A stretch of DNA of 60,269 nucleotides, the filler included, from Porpidia crustulata (Eukaryota): assembly GCA_964255105.1 (NCBI GenBank). It is 12 parts of 12 records of this genome, joined end to end, with 100 filler letters (N's around TTAATTAATTAA, not from the genome) between each part and the next. Parts side by side here need not be neighbours in the genome. Positions count along the whole stretch, not along the records: positions 25,185 to 30,116 come from CAXUWE010001960.1; positions 30,217 to 35,145 come from CAXUWE010001961.1; positions 35,246 to 40,174 come from CAXUWE010001962.1; 9 more parts are not named here. One strand, given 5' to 3'. Shown here in pieces: positions 25,433 to 37,813 of the stretch. The position numbers and the translations under genes were made by a program. Below the pieces are notes generated by a model. That model was not told the origin of the DNA and ran no database searches. It saw only the letters and a list, made by a program, of their open reading frames with translations. Each line of letters begins with the position of its first letter. Position 1 is the first letter of the stretch.

Positions 25433-27518
25433 ATGGCCGACCTAGACGCAGAACTTCTCGCGCTTGCGGGTGATGATTCCTCTGGTGAAGAAACCTCCAA
25501 GCCCACCGAGACTATTGCCAAGGCAACTGCTTCACCCAATGCTGCTGGCTCGTCTGCGGTGAAACATAATGACACTTCCGCCACTAAACACAGCATGGCC
25601 TCCAAAGGCGCAGCTAAAGTGAACGGTAACTCGACCAAGGCCAAGAAAGGTCACAAAGATGACTCTGAGGAGGAAGGTGAAGCGTAAATAATCCTTCCTA
25701 CTTTCTCATGTTATATGCAGTTATCGAATATGGTGCTCACCTTGTCTCCCAGCTCATCGACGCCAAATTCGCCGAATTCACTCCAGTCTGCTCCGATGTC
25801 CGAATCCGACTCCGAAATTTCTCCTGGCTCTGTCCTAGATGATGATGGACCCATGTTTGCTCTCGAAAACAAGTTCCACTCTCAGAAGGACAAAGATTAT
25901 ATCATGGCACTCTCTGAGGTTCAACGCGAGTCAATCCTCGCTGAGCGTGCCCAGATCCTCGAACGTAAGCTGCAGGACCAGCACCTACGTCGTCTCCTTC
26001 AAGCTCGTGAAAACGCAGAGAAAATCGATGACAAGAAGAAGCGTAAAGCGGGGAGCGCGGATCTGGAGGATGGTAATAGGAAAAGCTCCCGTCAGAAGAC
26101 CACACTTGGTGGACGTAAGGTCGGCGAGACTTCCGGTGCTATCGAGGCATACAAGAAACAGCGTGAGCAGAAGGGTGCTCGAGACGAGCAGAGACGTCGC
26201 GAAGGCGAAGCACGAAAGGACCGTAAGAATCGTGGCTCGTCGAAGGATGCGATTTCCGACGCAGATGCCGAGGGCGAGAGCGATGTTGAGTGGGACAATA
26301 CCAAGGCCAAGGCCAGCCCTCCTAGCTCCTACAGTGATCAGCCTGCGGACCAAGTCGACTATGAGCGTGTACGTATCGGTCGAGACAATTTTGCCAAAGT
26401 CTGCTTCTATCCTGGATTTGAGGAAGCGATTGCGAATTGCTACGTACGCCTATGCATTGGACTTGACAAGAATACCGGGGAGAATATTTACCGCATGACA
26501 AAGATCAAAGGTAGGTCAATCCTTGGGCGGAAAGTGTTTTGATTTAACAAGCGCCAGGTTTTACTGAGGGGAAGCCATATGCACTGGAAGGCTCTAACGG
26601 CAAACACTTCGCCACGACCCAATACGCCTTGCTGGCTCTTGGGAAGGCCGAGAAAGAGTGGCCATTCTTAGCGTGCTCAAATTCGAAATTCACTGCTGTA
26701 TGTTGAGCCTGAGCCTTTCAAGTGTATTCCACTGACTTGCATAGGCGGAATTTGAGTACTACAAAAAGACCATGATCGAAGAGACTCTGACTTTACCCAC
26801 GAAACCCTTCTTGATCACCAAAATCCACCACATCAACGCGTTGATCAACCGCAGCTTTACTGACGCGGAAATCCAAGAGAAACTGAGGCGAGCAGGTATT
26901 TTACAAACCAAATATGCCTCCTTGGAACGTCCATCTATTCTCAGCCGTCGTGCCGCCGCTGAAGCGCGTGGGGACGAAGCAGCAATAGCGGCGCTGGATG
27001 CTGAACTCGCAATCTTGGACGGTCCGAAGCTCGCATTTGGCACCTCGCTCCAAAAACCGGCGCCGAAATTCACCTCTACAGGCCCGAATCAACAAGAGCG
27101 TCTGGCAATCCTCAATCGTGCGAACCGTAAAGCCAATACCCATGACGTTCGGAAAGCTCAGCAAGCTGAGAGAAAGGCTGAAGCTCTTGCCCGTAAAGCC
27201 ATCGAACGTGGAGAGGCTGTGCAGAATCCGTTTGCTCGTGTCAAGACTCGAGCCAAGACCCACTACGACGTTAATAATTCTCTCGCCCCACCAAAGCCAT
27301 CTCACGCTATCGATGATCTATTTGAAGACAAGAGCAAGAACAACAGCCGTGCGGGAACTCCATCCAGTGTACGCTCCAGCACTCCGATGCCCACCGGGAA
27401 CCCACATGTTCGAATCAGCCCAACGACCTTCAAGAACGGGCTGCCGTGCATTGGAACTCGCAACATGGACGATGAAATTATTGGCTCAATGGACCTTGGC
27501 ATTGATATTGAGATCTAG
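25433..27518 (+). CDS. RTF1: Paf1-complex subunit Rtf1 (Plus3 domain; 4 exons)
   Basis: MADLDAELLALAG, EVQRESILAER, Plus3 region (FYPGFEE..CYVRLCIG..YRMTKIKG..EKEWPFLACSNSKFT), and C-terminal MDDEIIGSMDLGIDIEI. Confidence 0.92.
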
Positions 27519-28321
27519 AGGAATTCTCAAGATGTCTTCTGGATATGGTTATGCCAAGATCGAGAAGCCAGCTTCAAATTGATTTACAAAGGTCATGATC
27601 GAGGAAGCAGGTATCGGAGGCGGTTTGGTTTTGGTACGAAGCTAGAGACAGATTCGTGCCGTACAAGCTCGAGAGGGCACATGACGTGTACGACATCCAT
27701 CTGAAGGGAAAATTGCATTGGGATCATAGGCAGCGTAGGCGCTGGTAGGAGAAAATGGTTTATTTGACTTGGAATGGGGACTTGACTTGACTGACTTGAC
27801 TTACTTTATCCGAATGGGAGAAATCACATTCACTATATCATATTCCTTTAGCCAGACATGTATTCCAGTGCACAGTTACTCTTGGTACAGGACATCCATG
27901 GTCACGAGTCCAGGTATATGTAGAGTAGTTACTACATTGGGACGATAGGGCAAGCTCAGGCGCGACCAGGCCGCTTTCGTTGAATCTGCTTGGCATTTGT
28001 ACGCTAGGCACAACACGCCCACAGACCCAAATAAGAAGACTTTGCAAAACCCAACCAGCAAAGCTGATTTTCATTCTGGCATTCCTATTCACTTCACGAA
28101 TTTTGATCGTGTGACTCCTCCTCAACGCCCTAGCCTTGTACTGACTCATCTTCATATCCACCTTATGGAACTACGGACGTACCTCTTACCTTCAGAACTC
28201 TACATATTTCCATTACCAGATCCTTAACCCACGGACCGCAAGGTGCTCTTATAGATTCTACTTTCAAGACTACCTCTCTCGAGTCAGGCTTGATAAATAT
28301 ACACCAAATATAACCTTCACT

Positions 28322-29832
28322 ATGCACGACTTGCGGCGACAGGCTCTCGAGAGTAATAAAACCGTTTCGCGCAAGGCGAAGGCGCGGTCGAGTCAGTCGT
28401 CACCGGCCAATTCGCGTTCTAACTCTGCTCCGCCGTCGCGCAGCGCCAGTAGGGTTGCCAGTAGACACGGATCGGACGAGGAAGATGGTGGGAATCTCAG
28501 CGATGAGACGTCTTTCAGGTAGGATTCCTACGATTTATCAAGGGCTTCGCGTTCCCTTCTCTGTTCATAGCTGCAGAATACAGGGCTGATCTCATACATA
28601 GCGTCAATTCCATTGATGAGATGCTCAGCGCCGAGAGCCCAGAAGTCTCGACCGACGCATGGATATCAGAGCTGGCGGATCGAATAGAAGAGATCATCAA
28701 TCGAAAGCGCAGTAGTGTTCAGGGCCGCGAGACGTGTCTTGCAACCTATGTCCGGATTTTGACGGCACACTACGCCGAAGAAGAAATCCGTGGGAAGGAG
28801 GCTGAGCTAGTGACAGCATGTCTCAAGAGCATCAAGACCGAATCCAGTGAAAAGGAGGCAGTTCTAGCCATGAAAGGTAGGTCAAAGCCCATGTACTCCC
28901 TGTACTTGCACCCGTAGCTGACCGCATTTCCTGCGCCAGCTCTTGCGATGACGCTTATTACCTCTCCATCTGACCAAATCTACGAAGCTGCATGCAATCC
29001 ACTCAAGCGAACTATATCAGACTCCTCCTCTATCGCCTGCAAAGTAGCCGCTATCCACACTCTCGGCGCTTGTACCTTCTATGGCGGCGCCTCCGACGAT
29101 GAAATCCTAGACAATATGGCCTACCTGCTCGAGATCATTGCCTCGGACGGTCACTTCATCGAAGCTCCTGATGCTCCTGACCCTGTCACCGCTGCCCTCG
29201 AAGAATGGGGATTCCTCGCCACCCTCATTGACGACCTCTCCGAAGACTCTGACGAGGCCATCGCTACCTTCGTCGACCAGCTCGAAAGCTCCCACCCTTC
29301 GGTCCAAATCTCCGCCGGCGAAAACATCGCCCTTCTCTATGAAAAATCCTACATCCCCATCTCGGACGAAGACGCCCTGGCAGACCACCCAAACGCCACC
29401 ATCGTCGAGGATCCGGACGAAGACGCTGATCTCGCTAAGCTCGCCCACATCTACTCCGCCTACCGCCGCACCGACACCCTCCTCCTCACCCTTGCCTCCA
29501 TCTCCACCACAAACTCCCACCGTCTCTCCAAAAAGGACCAAAAAGCCCTCCGCACCTCCTTCGCCGACATCCACAACAGCGTTGAGTTCCCCGCCCGCGG
29601 CCCCCGCTATCGCACCGCCGTCAGCAACCAGACGGGCAAGACGTACGGCTCACGCATGGTGATTCGCATCCATCAGGAAGGCGTGGTGCGGATCGACAAG
29701 TGGTGGAAGCTGCATCGCTTGCAGGGGCTGAGGCGCGTGCTGCAGGGAGGATTTCTGGGGCATTATGAGCGCAATGGGGTGGTGTTTGAGAGCTTGCCGG
29801 TCATGGTCAGTAGGGATAAGAATTGGGGGTGA
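28322..29832 (+). CDS. Interferon-related developmental regulator (IFRD)-domain protein (3 exons)
   Basis: MHDLRRQALES.KTVSRKA, RKRSSVQGRE, ALEEWGFLAT, QISAGENIALLYEKS, IDKWWK..L..VL.GGF..HY..N. Confidence 0.85.
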
Positions 29833-32715
29833 GGACGGTGGGATCGAGCATTGGGAATGGGGAGAACGGGGGTTAAAATGGTCCGGCGTTTGGCGGATTG
29901 CTGGCGTTGAGGGCTAGGCAAGATGCGGCATTGTAATGCAGCGGTTTCTGGTCATCGTCCGAATTGCCGCACGCGCGCGGTGCATGCGCGCTTTCGTTTG
30001 GATAAACCATCAAGGGCCGGCAGACTGTGTTCAAAAGTACTGCGACAACTACCTATAGGGCAAATCATCATCACAGTATCCATCTCGACCACGACCACAT
30101 CCGCATTCCACGCAGCNNNNNNNNNNNNNNNNNNNNNNNNNNNNNNNNNNNNNNNNNNNNTTAATTAATTAANNNNNNNNNNNNNNNNNNNNNNNNNNNN
30201 NNNNNNNNNNNNNNNNGGGCGGGGTAGTGTAGGAGGGATACGAGGGTTGTGGGAGAGTTGGTGGTTGGGGTCAAAGGGCTGCGGAGGAAGTTGGATGGTA
30301 GATGGTGGATAATAGACATTAGATGTTGGATCTTGGATAGTTAGGTAAAGTCAGCACGACTCCTTTCGTTATCGCCCTAGCTGACTTGTTGCTGTAGCTA
30401 GGGCCGAGAGGAGAGAGGAAACACAAAAGAAAGAAGAACATAATGATAACGATGATATTTTAGTCCGTTTGAGGGTTTTGTAACAATGAACGAGAAAAAC
30501 GGCGGAGTGGGAAGGGACAGGGGATGTGTGGGATGATGATGATACAAAGATTAAAGACATCCGAAGTGTCTTACCAAGGGAACATGATACTCTATCTTCA
30601 CTACGAAACAATTTTCCTCCTTCCTCCCTCCCTTCCTCCCTTCCTTCCTTCCTATTTCTGTTCTTTCTATTCATCCTGTCGGCTGAGTATCTGTATCTAC
30701 GCTGAACCCAAAAGCGTTTGGATTCCCCAAACAATGTGGAATCGATCTGAACGAGGCTTTTGCTTTCTTCCGTTCTGTCTTTCCGTCATTGATTTCACTG
30801 ATGGATTTCCAGATACGTGTGCTTTTCTGCGTTTTATCTAAACAGACGAGCGTTAAGTATCGAGTCGTTAGATATATCCAGCGGGGGAATAATCATAAAT
30901 CTGATGCCGTGGAATCTTTTGGGCTTTTTCTTTTTCTTTTTCTTTTTCTTGTCTTCCTCCTTCCTTCTCACTTCCTTGCTCACTCACCAGCAAAAAATGA
31001 AAAATCTACTCCCGCCTTTTCTCTCTCCCCGTCCCGTCCAGGTCGCTCCGATCTCCAAAGTCGATTTTCGCAAAAGGTCTGATCGATATCTAATAGTGTC
31101 GCTCAATCCTTTTTCGACTTGTTTATATACATACATGTTATCTGAAGCTTTTTGTGTTTCGCTTAAATCGAATCTTGTGGGAGGCAGGTTTGTTTTAATG
31201 AAGTTGTTATCAAGTATTCAAGATTGATTTCATCTCAGTCAGTCATAATGACCAAAACCACACCGTCCAACTTTCCTTCCTTGATACCTGCTGAAAACTA
31301 TCTACAGCTGCACGCACTGTGCTGTTTGTAAGTGATTTTCTCAGAGGGGGGGGGATACACCTGTAATAGGTCTAGCGATGATATCGAAGCATGCGGTGCA
31401 CCTCAGTACTCTTCTACGAACGCGACCTTGACAACTTGCAACCCTTGTCTCAGTGCTGAACCTACAGGAGGAACCACGCTTTGGGGTCAAGGTATCTGCT
31501 CGGAAGCTGATCCAAGGCTTTTCTGGGGTTTGGTCTCGGGTTTTGATGAGATCGAACGTGGGAATTATGTGATTTGGGACGGAAATGGCTGCGGGCGCGA
31601 GGGCGGGGGCGGATGCATTTGGAGTTTATGACTTGAGTGCGGGATCAAGTCGGCTTGTTGAGATCTCGGATGAGGTTGGGATTCTGGGTTATGGTTGGTG
31701 GTTCTTGGACGAGGGAAGGATGGAGGCGGTTGTTGTTTTTTGATTGGTTTTGGTTCTTTACATGCTCTTCTCAGGCACCAATCTTGCTCATGTTTGAAGT
31801 GGAGGACAATCTGGAACCAAATGATGCAATTGAGAGCGATCGTGAATGGATATCGCTGTGGTGATCTGAGGGGCAGTCAATGTGTTGGCATATCAGCACT
31901 TCATGATGCTGATTTCATTGAGTGGATAATTTCCGGCTAGGGGTTTTCTAACCGTCAAAGAGGACGCAATAGCGGAACGTCGCAGCAATAGGCTGCTATA
32001 GGTAGACCCATATGGCTCAGTAGGGACCGGAGGCATAAGAAAATCGTTGAATCGATCACCTGTAGCCAGTGCTTTGAGATGATAAAATAGGCAAATTCTG
32101 GTGGGTGACGCCGGCAACCCTATGCTCTCCTTGGCTAAACCACACCTACCAAATCCAACCATGAAATACAGCGAAATTACACAATAGGCATGCCATAAAT
32201 GCACTACTTTTGAAAAAAATCTCATGGCATATCGACCCCTATTTTTTCGCGGTAAATGTGATGGCCAATTAGAATGAGGACGTACGGTGCAAGGAGAGAG
32301 GCTTTAGATATCAGCTTGCGCTGAAATGCACAGCTAGTAAGAGGAGGAGCGAGGGTCTACAACCAAGGGCATGAGCGTGACGGGCTTAATGACTCGCCAT
32401 TATACATCTTCAACGATGAAGGCTGATCTGGGGAAGAAGGAAAAATGAATATGCAGTGCCAGAGATATCAAGGGCGAAGCCAATAACCTGGAGCAAGGGC
32501 GAAACCTTCGATAAAGACATAAAGAATAGCGTCGCCGAGGACAAAAAAAGTTACGGTAAAGTTATCGTTTATTGCAAGCCCCCTCTAACGTAGGGATACT
32601 GATACATACAGTCTATCGCACTGCTTCTCCGTTTATAATTTTATGCCAGCGACGCCAACTACACGATATCGGACACTTAGCAGTAGAGTCGACGTATCTT
32701 AAATTCAGGGTGGTT

Positions 32716-33892
32716 TTACTCATTATCATATAAGCCAACGATTTCCCTTCCCTTCTGGCTTTCCCGAATGCCTGTCATTACAATCTCGGGTCTCGAGGTC
32801 GATAGGAAATCGAGTTGGATAACTCTATCTGCGTCAAAATAGTATGTTTGCGTATAGGGCCCTTTCCCTTACCTATACTGGTGCATCTGGTACATCCATT
32901 GCCAGTAGTCATAATCACGACACCTGAGGAACCCTAGGCCCCATAACCCTTTTACCTTGCCCACTGTAAACGGGCCTTGGCCGCACAGGATAGGCTTAAA
33001 GTTGACAGCACCATCCTCGGCTCTTGCGGTCAGAGGACCGCCTTTGAGGTCCTTATGCCTAAGTGCGGGCTCGTCGGTGTGAGGACCATTATAGATAAAG
33101 TAAAAGTCTCCAGCTGTACCATCGTCACGGATCTCCAGCACAAGGGCATATTCACTCTGTATCCATCTCCATGGTAACTCCATTTTCTCCGCATAGACCA
33201 GATGTCCTGTATGTTTCAGTCACGCGACCGTTCCTCGGGTACGCAAGAAAGCACAGAAACCTACCAAATGGGGCAATAATCATCTCTTTACTAGCTTGCT
33301 CGGCCTGGTATCTCAATCCAAGAATGTTGATAAGATTAGAACCTATAATGTCATAGGCCTCGAGCGAGTCGCACAATGAATCCTGAGGAATAATACACCA
33401 GGCATTGACTGCGACTCCAAGACGAGCTCCCTCCAATGACTTTAACACGAGCGTAACTGAATCTTCGCTTCTGGTGTTCCACATCAGATGGAACATGCGG
33501 TGGTATGCTTCGCTGTCATACTTCCAGTTTGCGGCCTCAAGGTCGCGCTTAAAGTCCCCAAAGTTGGTTTTTTTATTCGAATTAAGACCATTCTCTGGCT
33601 TCGGCCCACGAAAAGACATCCACTTTGTGAAAAGGTCGGCTAGGTCTGGCGTATCGAGAGGTTTGCTAAGATAAACACTCCACTCCAAGATATCGCCGAC
33701 ACTGTCAATAGGGCGCTTCTTGAATTCCGTTTCTAGCTCCTTAAATAGCCGTTTCGTACGCTTAGCGAGGGCCTCAAACCTCTCCTTGATGCGCTCTTCT
33801 GACAGGTTTCCAACCTCGTCATTGATGGTGGAGCTGTCCTGTTCGGCTGCGTTGGGTTTGCTAACAATTAGGGTGCCAGCCTTGGTGGACAT
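32716..33892 (-). CDS. Spliced hypothetical protein of unknown family. Exons about 33892-33265 and 33206-32873, with a possible last exon ending at ~32716
   Basis: A 58-nt intron (GTAGGT..ACTGAA..ACAG) joins the 288-aa and 104-aa ORFs in frame (PFG|HLVYAEKMELPWRW). A second GTAAGG donor lies at 32872; the 3' end is uncertain. Confidence 0.6.
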
Positions 33893-36332
33893 TCCGGACG
33901 CCAGTAGAGTTGGGGTAGGATTATGTTTATCTTTTGTGAGATAAAAAGGAAAAAAAAGATTTCGATCGTCGATGGTTAAGCTGTTTGTTGACCCCTCTAA
34001 TGACCTGAGATGATGCAAGAGAGAGAAAAGAGGAATGGTGTTTTAGGGCTCGCGGGTCAGGGGACAAACGCCGGTGTTGGCCTCCTTGGCGATTAGTTGC
34101 TTGACATTCATAGGTATGTCTATATAATACCGTGCTTCATAGCCCTAGGCTGCATAAGCACGTAAAAATGAAGAAATAAAAAAAATAAAAGTCTATATAA
34201 TACGTTAACATTTTAAGGTCAATTAACTGTCGTGCGCTGTCAAGTATGTTACCTCACGTGACCGAACTTCATTTTTTGATTTTACTTTCAAAATGAAGCA
34301 TTAACTGAAGCACTGAGTGAACATTAAATTAAACACTGAATGAATATTACATTAAACACTAGTGTGACCGTTGGTTTGGTTTGGTTTGGAAGCGAATTTT
34401 GAAATCCAAGATAAAAAGGCTCCAAAGAATAAGTAAGAATTATAGGAAAATAACTATCAAGTGTCCAAGGCAAATGATACCGGATCTGCATAATGCTGAA
34501 TGTTGAACGGGATCTAGGGGAACACAGGCCAATATGTCGTGAGATGAAGTTCCGTCGCCTCAGGCTGCCGTTTTATCTCGTTTCATAAGAATTTCACGTT
34601 CATATACAACGAAGACGAGCACGATGACCAATTTCGTGTTCTCGGGATGCGGGGCACGGGATGTTGATGTGAAGTGTCTAGGCTTGTCCGACTCCACGGC
34701 GTTGATAAGTAGTGAAAAGGTATATAGTAAGAGTATTCGAAGCCTCCTGCAGCATAGAATGAATACGTTCTAGCGGAGAGTTGGGCTGTGACCATTTGAG
34801 CTCCTATGGCGGGTAAACCTTGGAACTGAAGTGTTTAGATGAGATATCATAAGCAGCATCAAAGAGAACGCTATCCAAAGCGCGGGATAATATTTTGATT
34901 AAAAAGTGTTGTATGGAGTACTGGCTAGAGTAGAGGCTCGAACATCTATTGACGCTTCATTTAGAGCACTATCGACTAATGCGTGTAGAACGTCTGGATG
35001 AGCTGTGAAAGAAGCATTTATTGAAATAGATGTTATGCACAAATTGAAGCTCAAGACTATAGATGTAAACTCTATAGGTACTGCATTTATGAAGTAGAGA
35101 ATATAGTAGGAGAACTCAGGAGAGAGAGGAGAGGAAGGTAGGGAGNNNNNNNNNNNNNNNNNNNNNNNNNNNNNNNNNNNNNNNNNNNNTTAATTAATTA
35201 ANNNNNNNNNNNNNNNNNNNNNNNNNNNNNNNNNNNNNNNNNNNNGTGTACGATTGTGGGGGGGCGGATGGTGCGGGAATGCGTGCTATTTATCCGTTAT
35301 TGCTACAGGAACCATTTCCTAATCGTATGGGTGCGATGGCTGCAGCGTTATCTTGAGCCTCGCTCATCGTGTGGCTTGGGGAAGAATTACTGGGCCTGCG
35401 ATCCGGGATTTTGCATTTGCCAAAGACTCTTTTACAGGAAGCTCGAAAATTCCATACACCTCTGTGGAGACTGCCCGCATGGCTGGCTTGTCCTCCATTT
35501 CGCCATCAGCAGCGGACCGCAACCTCGATTGTTAGTAAAACTGGTCCGATAATTGAATTATTTCGAGCTTCGCCTGCCTGAACTCAAGGAACAGAGCTCG
35601 AAAAACCAATCCCGCGGCTATGGTTCATCTGGAAGGCCACCATCCATACGCCGGTAGCGAAGCAGTAGCGTCTTGCTACCCATTGGTTCATGGTCGGACC
35701 CGGGCGGACGAGGGATTAGGTGACATGGTAGCGCTTTCGATATGCTCGAACTGCTTCACTCTCCCTTGATAGAAGTTAGCAGGATAGCCAGTGTGTCTGA
35801 GTGGGCACGACAGTGCGTGGCTTTGTGGTGCGGATGCTTATGTGACGATGGCTGAAAGGGTTTGCATCCGGATTTCTGTGTGAAGGATTATGTTGTCTAG
35901 AGCTTGGGGAAGGGCGTACCGGAGGGTCGGAATATATCTGATGGGAAAGGCGTGAGATTTTTGGCTCACGAAGATTTTCCGTGGGTTGGATGATGGCAGG
36001 GGTGAGGTGAAGTAGGTATATATTGGAAGGAATGGACCAGGTTTGGGAGTTGCAATCTCAAAGTTTTTTCATCTTGGTCATTTACCTTTTAATATTCCTT
36101 AAAGTTTTCAAGTATTCATAATCCATCGTCTTATTTAGGCAAGGCAGCTTGTTCTAGTCACAATAATTTAGTTGGTTTAGTAAAGTAAAAATAGAGGAAT
36201 TCTGAATTTCAAAGTATTTTCGATATACTCTAGATCTACTTCAGTCGATGTACGCATTGCACCTGCTTTTATAGTCCAGGAAGCCTCGCCTATAATAGCT
36301 TCTGGCATCCTCTCACAGCCTCCACCTTGAAA

Positions 36333-37163
36333 ATGGCACCAGTATTTGCATCAAAGGCATCGAAGAGCGTCAATGGCGGCGCCCAGCTCCGGTGCGGAGT
36401 ACCCTTTGCTGGCACCTATCCGCCGCCGTTTTGTTTCCAAGAGCCAACTCTCGCCGCTTCGATGCGAGCAAGAGGGTTGGCCAGCAACTGGCCTGCGCCA
36501 ACGCTCAAGGAAACCATGGTCAGCCCATGGACCTGGGTTGCCATCCTCATTGGACTGATGGTATTGATGTCTACAGCAGCAGTTTGCTACCAATGCCGAT
36601 TATCGATTGCCGAGCGACGCAGGGCGCGTGATGAAGAGAACATGGAGAGGGAACAGGCGCAGAGTGAGACGGGAAGCTTGACGAGCGAAACAGGAGAAGA
36701 AGGAACCGAGCTGCGTTCCATGCTTGCGCCACACCCACTCCGCAGGTATCGGGAGCGGCGAGAAAGACGGGCGGCCAGCCGGCAGGCTCATAGAGACCGC
36801 GAAGAGCGGACTATCATGGAGTTTGGGCGCTTGCATCAAGCGTCACGAGAGGAACAGGCCCCGGGCGTCCTAGTCAGCGAGACGGAAGTGCATAGCTACG
36901 AGATCGGCCACGAGAACCTCCTCGACGAAGCCAGGTGGCTGTCGATGCGGGACACGGATCTTCCGCGCGGCCCGCACCAATTTGAGGTCCATTTCCGGGA
37001 GCACACGATCGCTCGAATCCCTACTCATAGCAGCGAGGAGGCGGTCTGGCGAGGTGTCAGCGGCCAGTCGGATCTTGCGTCTTCGAGTAGTCCATCGGGG
37101 ATTGGGATAGCGACACCGCCGCCTTCGTACGGTTCGGATTCTCCGCCGAGGCCAACGATGTAG
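36333..37163 (+). CDS. Hypothetical single-pass membrane protein
   Basis: Intronless ORF with one hydrophobic helix (WTWVAILIGLMVLMSTAAVCY), a basic/charged tail and a C-terminal PPPSY. Confidence 0.55.
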   Translation: MAPVFASKASKSVNGGAQLRCGVPFAGTYPPPFCFQEPTLAASMRARGLASNWPAPTLKETMVSPWTWVAILIGLMVLMSTAAVCYQCRLSIAERRRARDEENMEREQAQSETGSLTSETGEEGTELRSMLAPHPLRRYRERRERRAASRQAHRDREERTIMEFGRLHQASREEQAPGVLVSETEVHSYEIGHENLLDEARWLSMRDTDLPRGPHQFEVHFREHTIARIPTHSSEEAVWRGVSGQSDLASSSSPSGIGIATPPPSYGSDSPPRPTM

Positions 37164-37813
37164 TGGAGAGGGTGATGAAGAAAGCATTACCGTGGAGATT
37201 GTGGGTTTTTTTTATTTGAATGCGATATGAGATGTACTTATCAGGGATGGAGAAAAAGGTGTGGAGTCAGAAGGACCTTATTGGACACTTAATGAGGGAT
37301 TGTGGGATCGTTCTTGACTGTTTAAGATGCTATAGACAGAGAAATGTTCTTGATACTTTGGATAGTAGAAGAGAGATACTTGTACTCTGTAAGCAAATCC
37401 ATGGGGCTGACGCTTTCGCCGTATGTAGAAGAAGATACATCTCTTCACCAAGCTACCCTGGCCCGCTCATCCACTCCCATGCATATATATTGTGACTGGG
37501 ACTCTTATAGCAGGAAGGGAATGATGGGTTTGTCGTGCCCTTCTCCCTCGGCTACAGATACTCCATGGTTTAGGGCTGAATAAACAGCAACGGCGACACC
37601 GCTAGCCGATAGTGGAATATGTATAGCTGTTCCACGAAGCTTGCAACCCACAACTATACGCTCTTTTATGTCTTTACAGCGAAATTTGCGATCATCCAAG
37701 GCAGAAGCGAAGTCACACAGGGTTCTGTCTGGAATTGGAAGGCTGCGGCCTTAAAAGGGAAATTTATGCACACCGGTCCCTTGCATAGAGGAGTAGACTG
37801 GTAAATCGCAAGT

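Noticed and set aside
30217..32700. ORFs rich in F/L/S or G/R/W
   Set aside because: They arise from low-complexity purine/pyrimidine tracts, with no coding evidence.
33152..33183. Apparent frameshift or overlap between the 288-aa and 104-aa ORFs
   Set aside because: Explained by the canonical intron 33264-33207.
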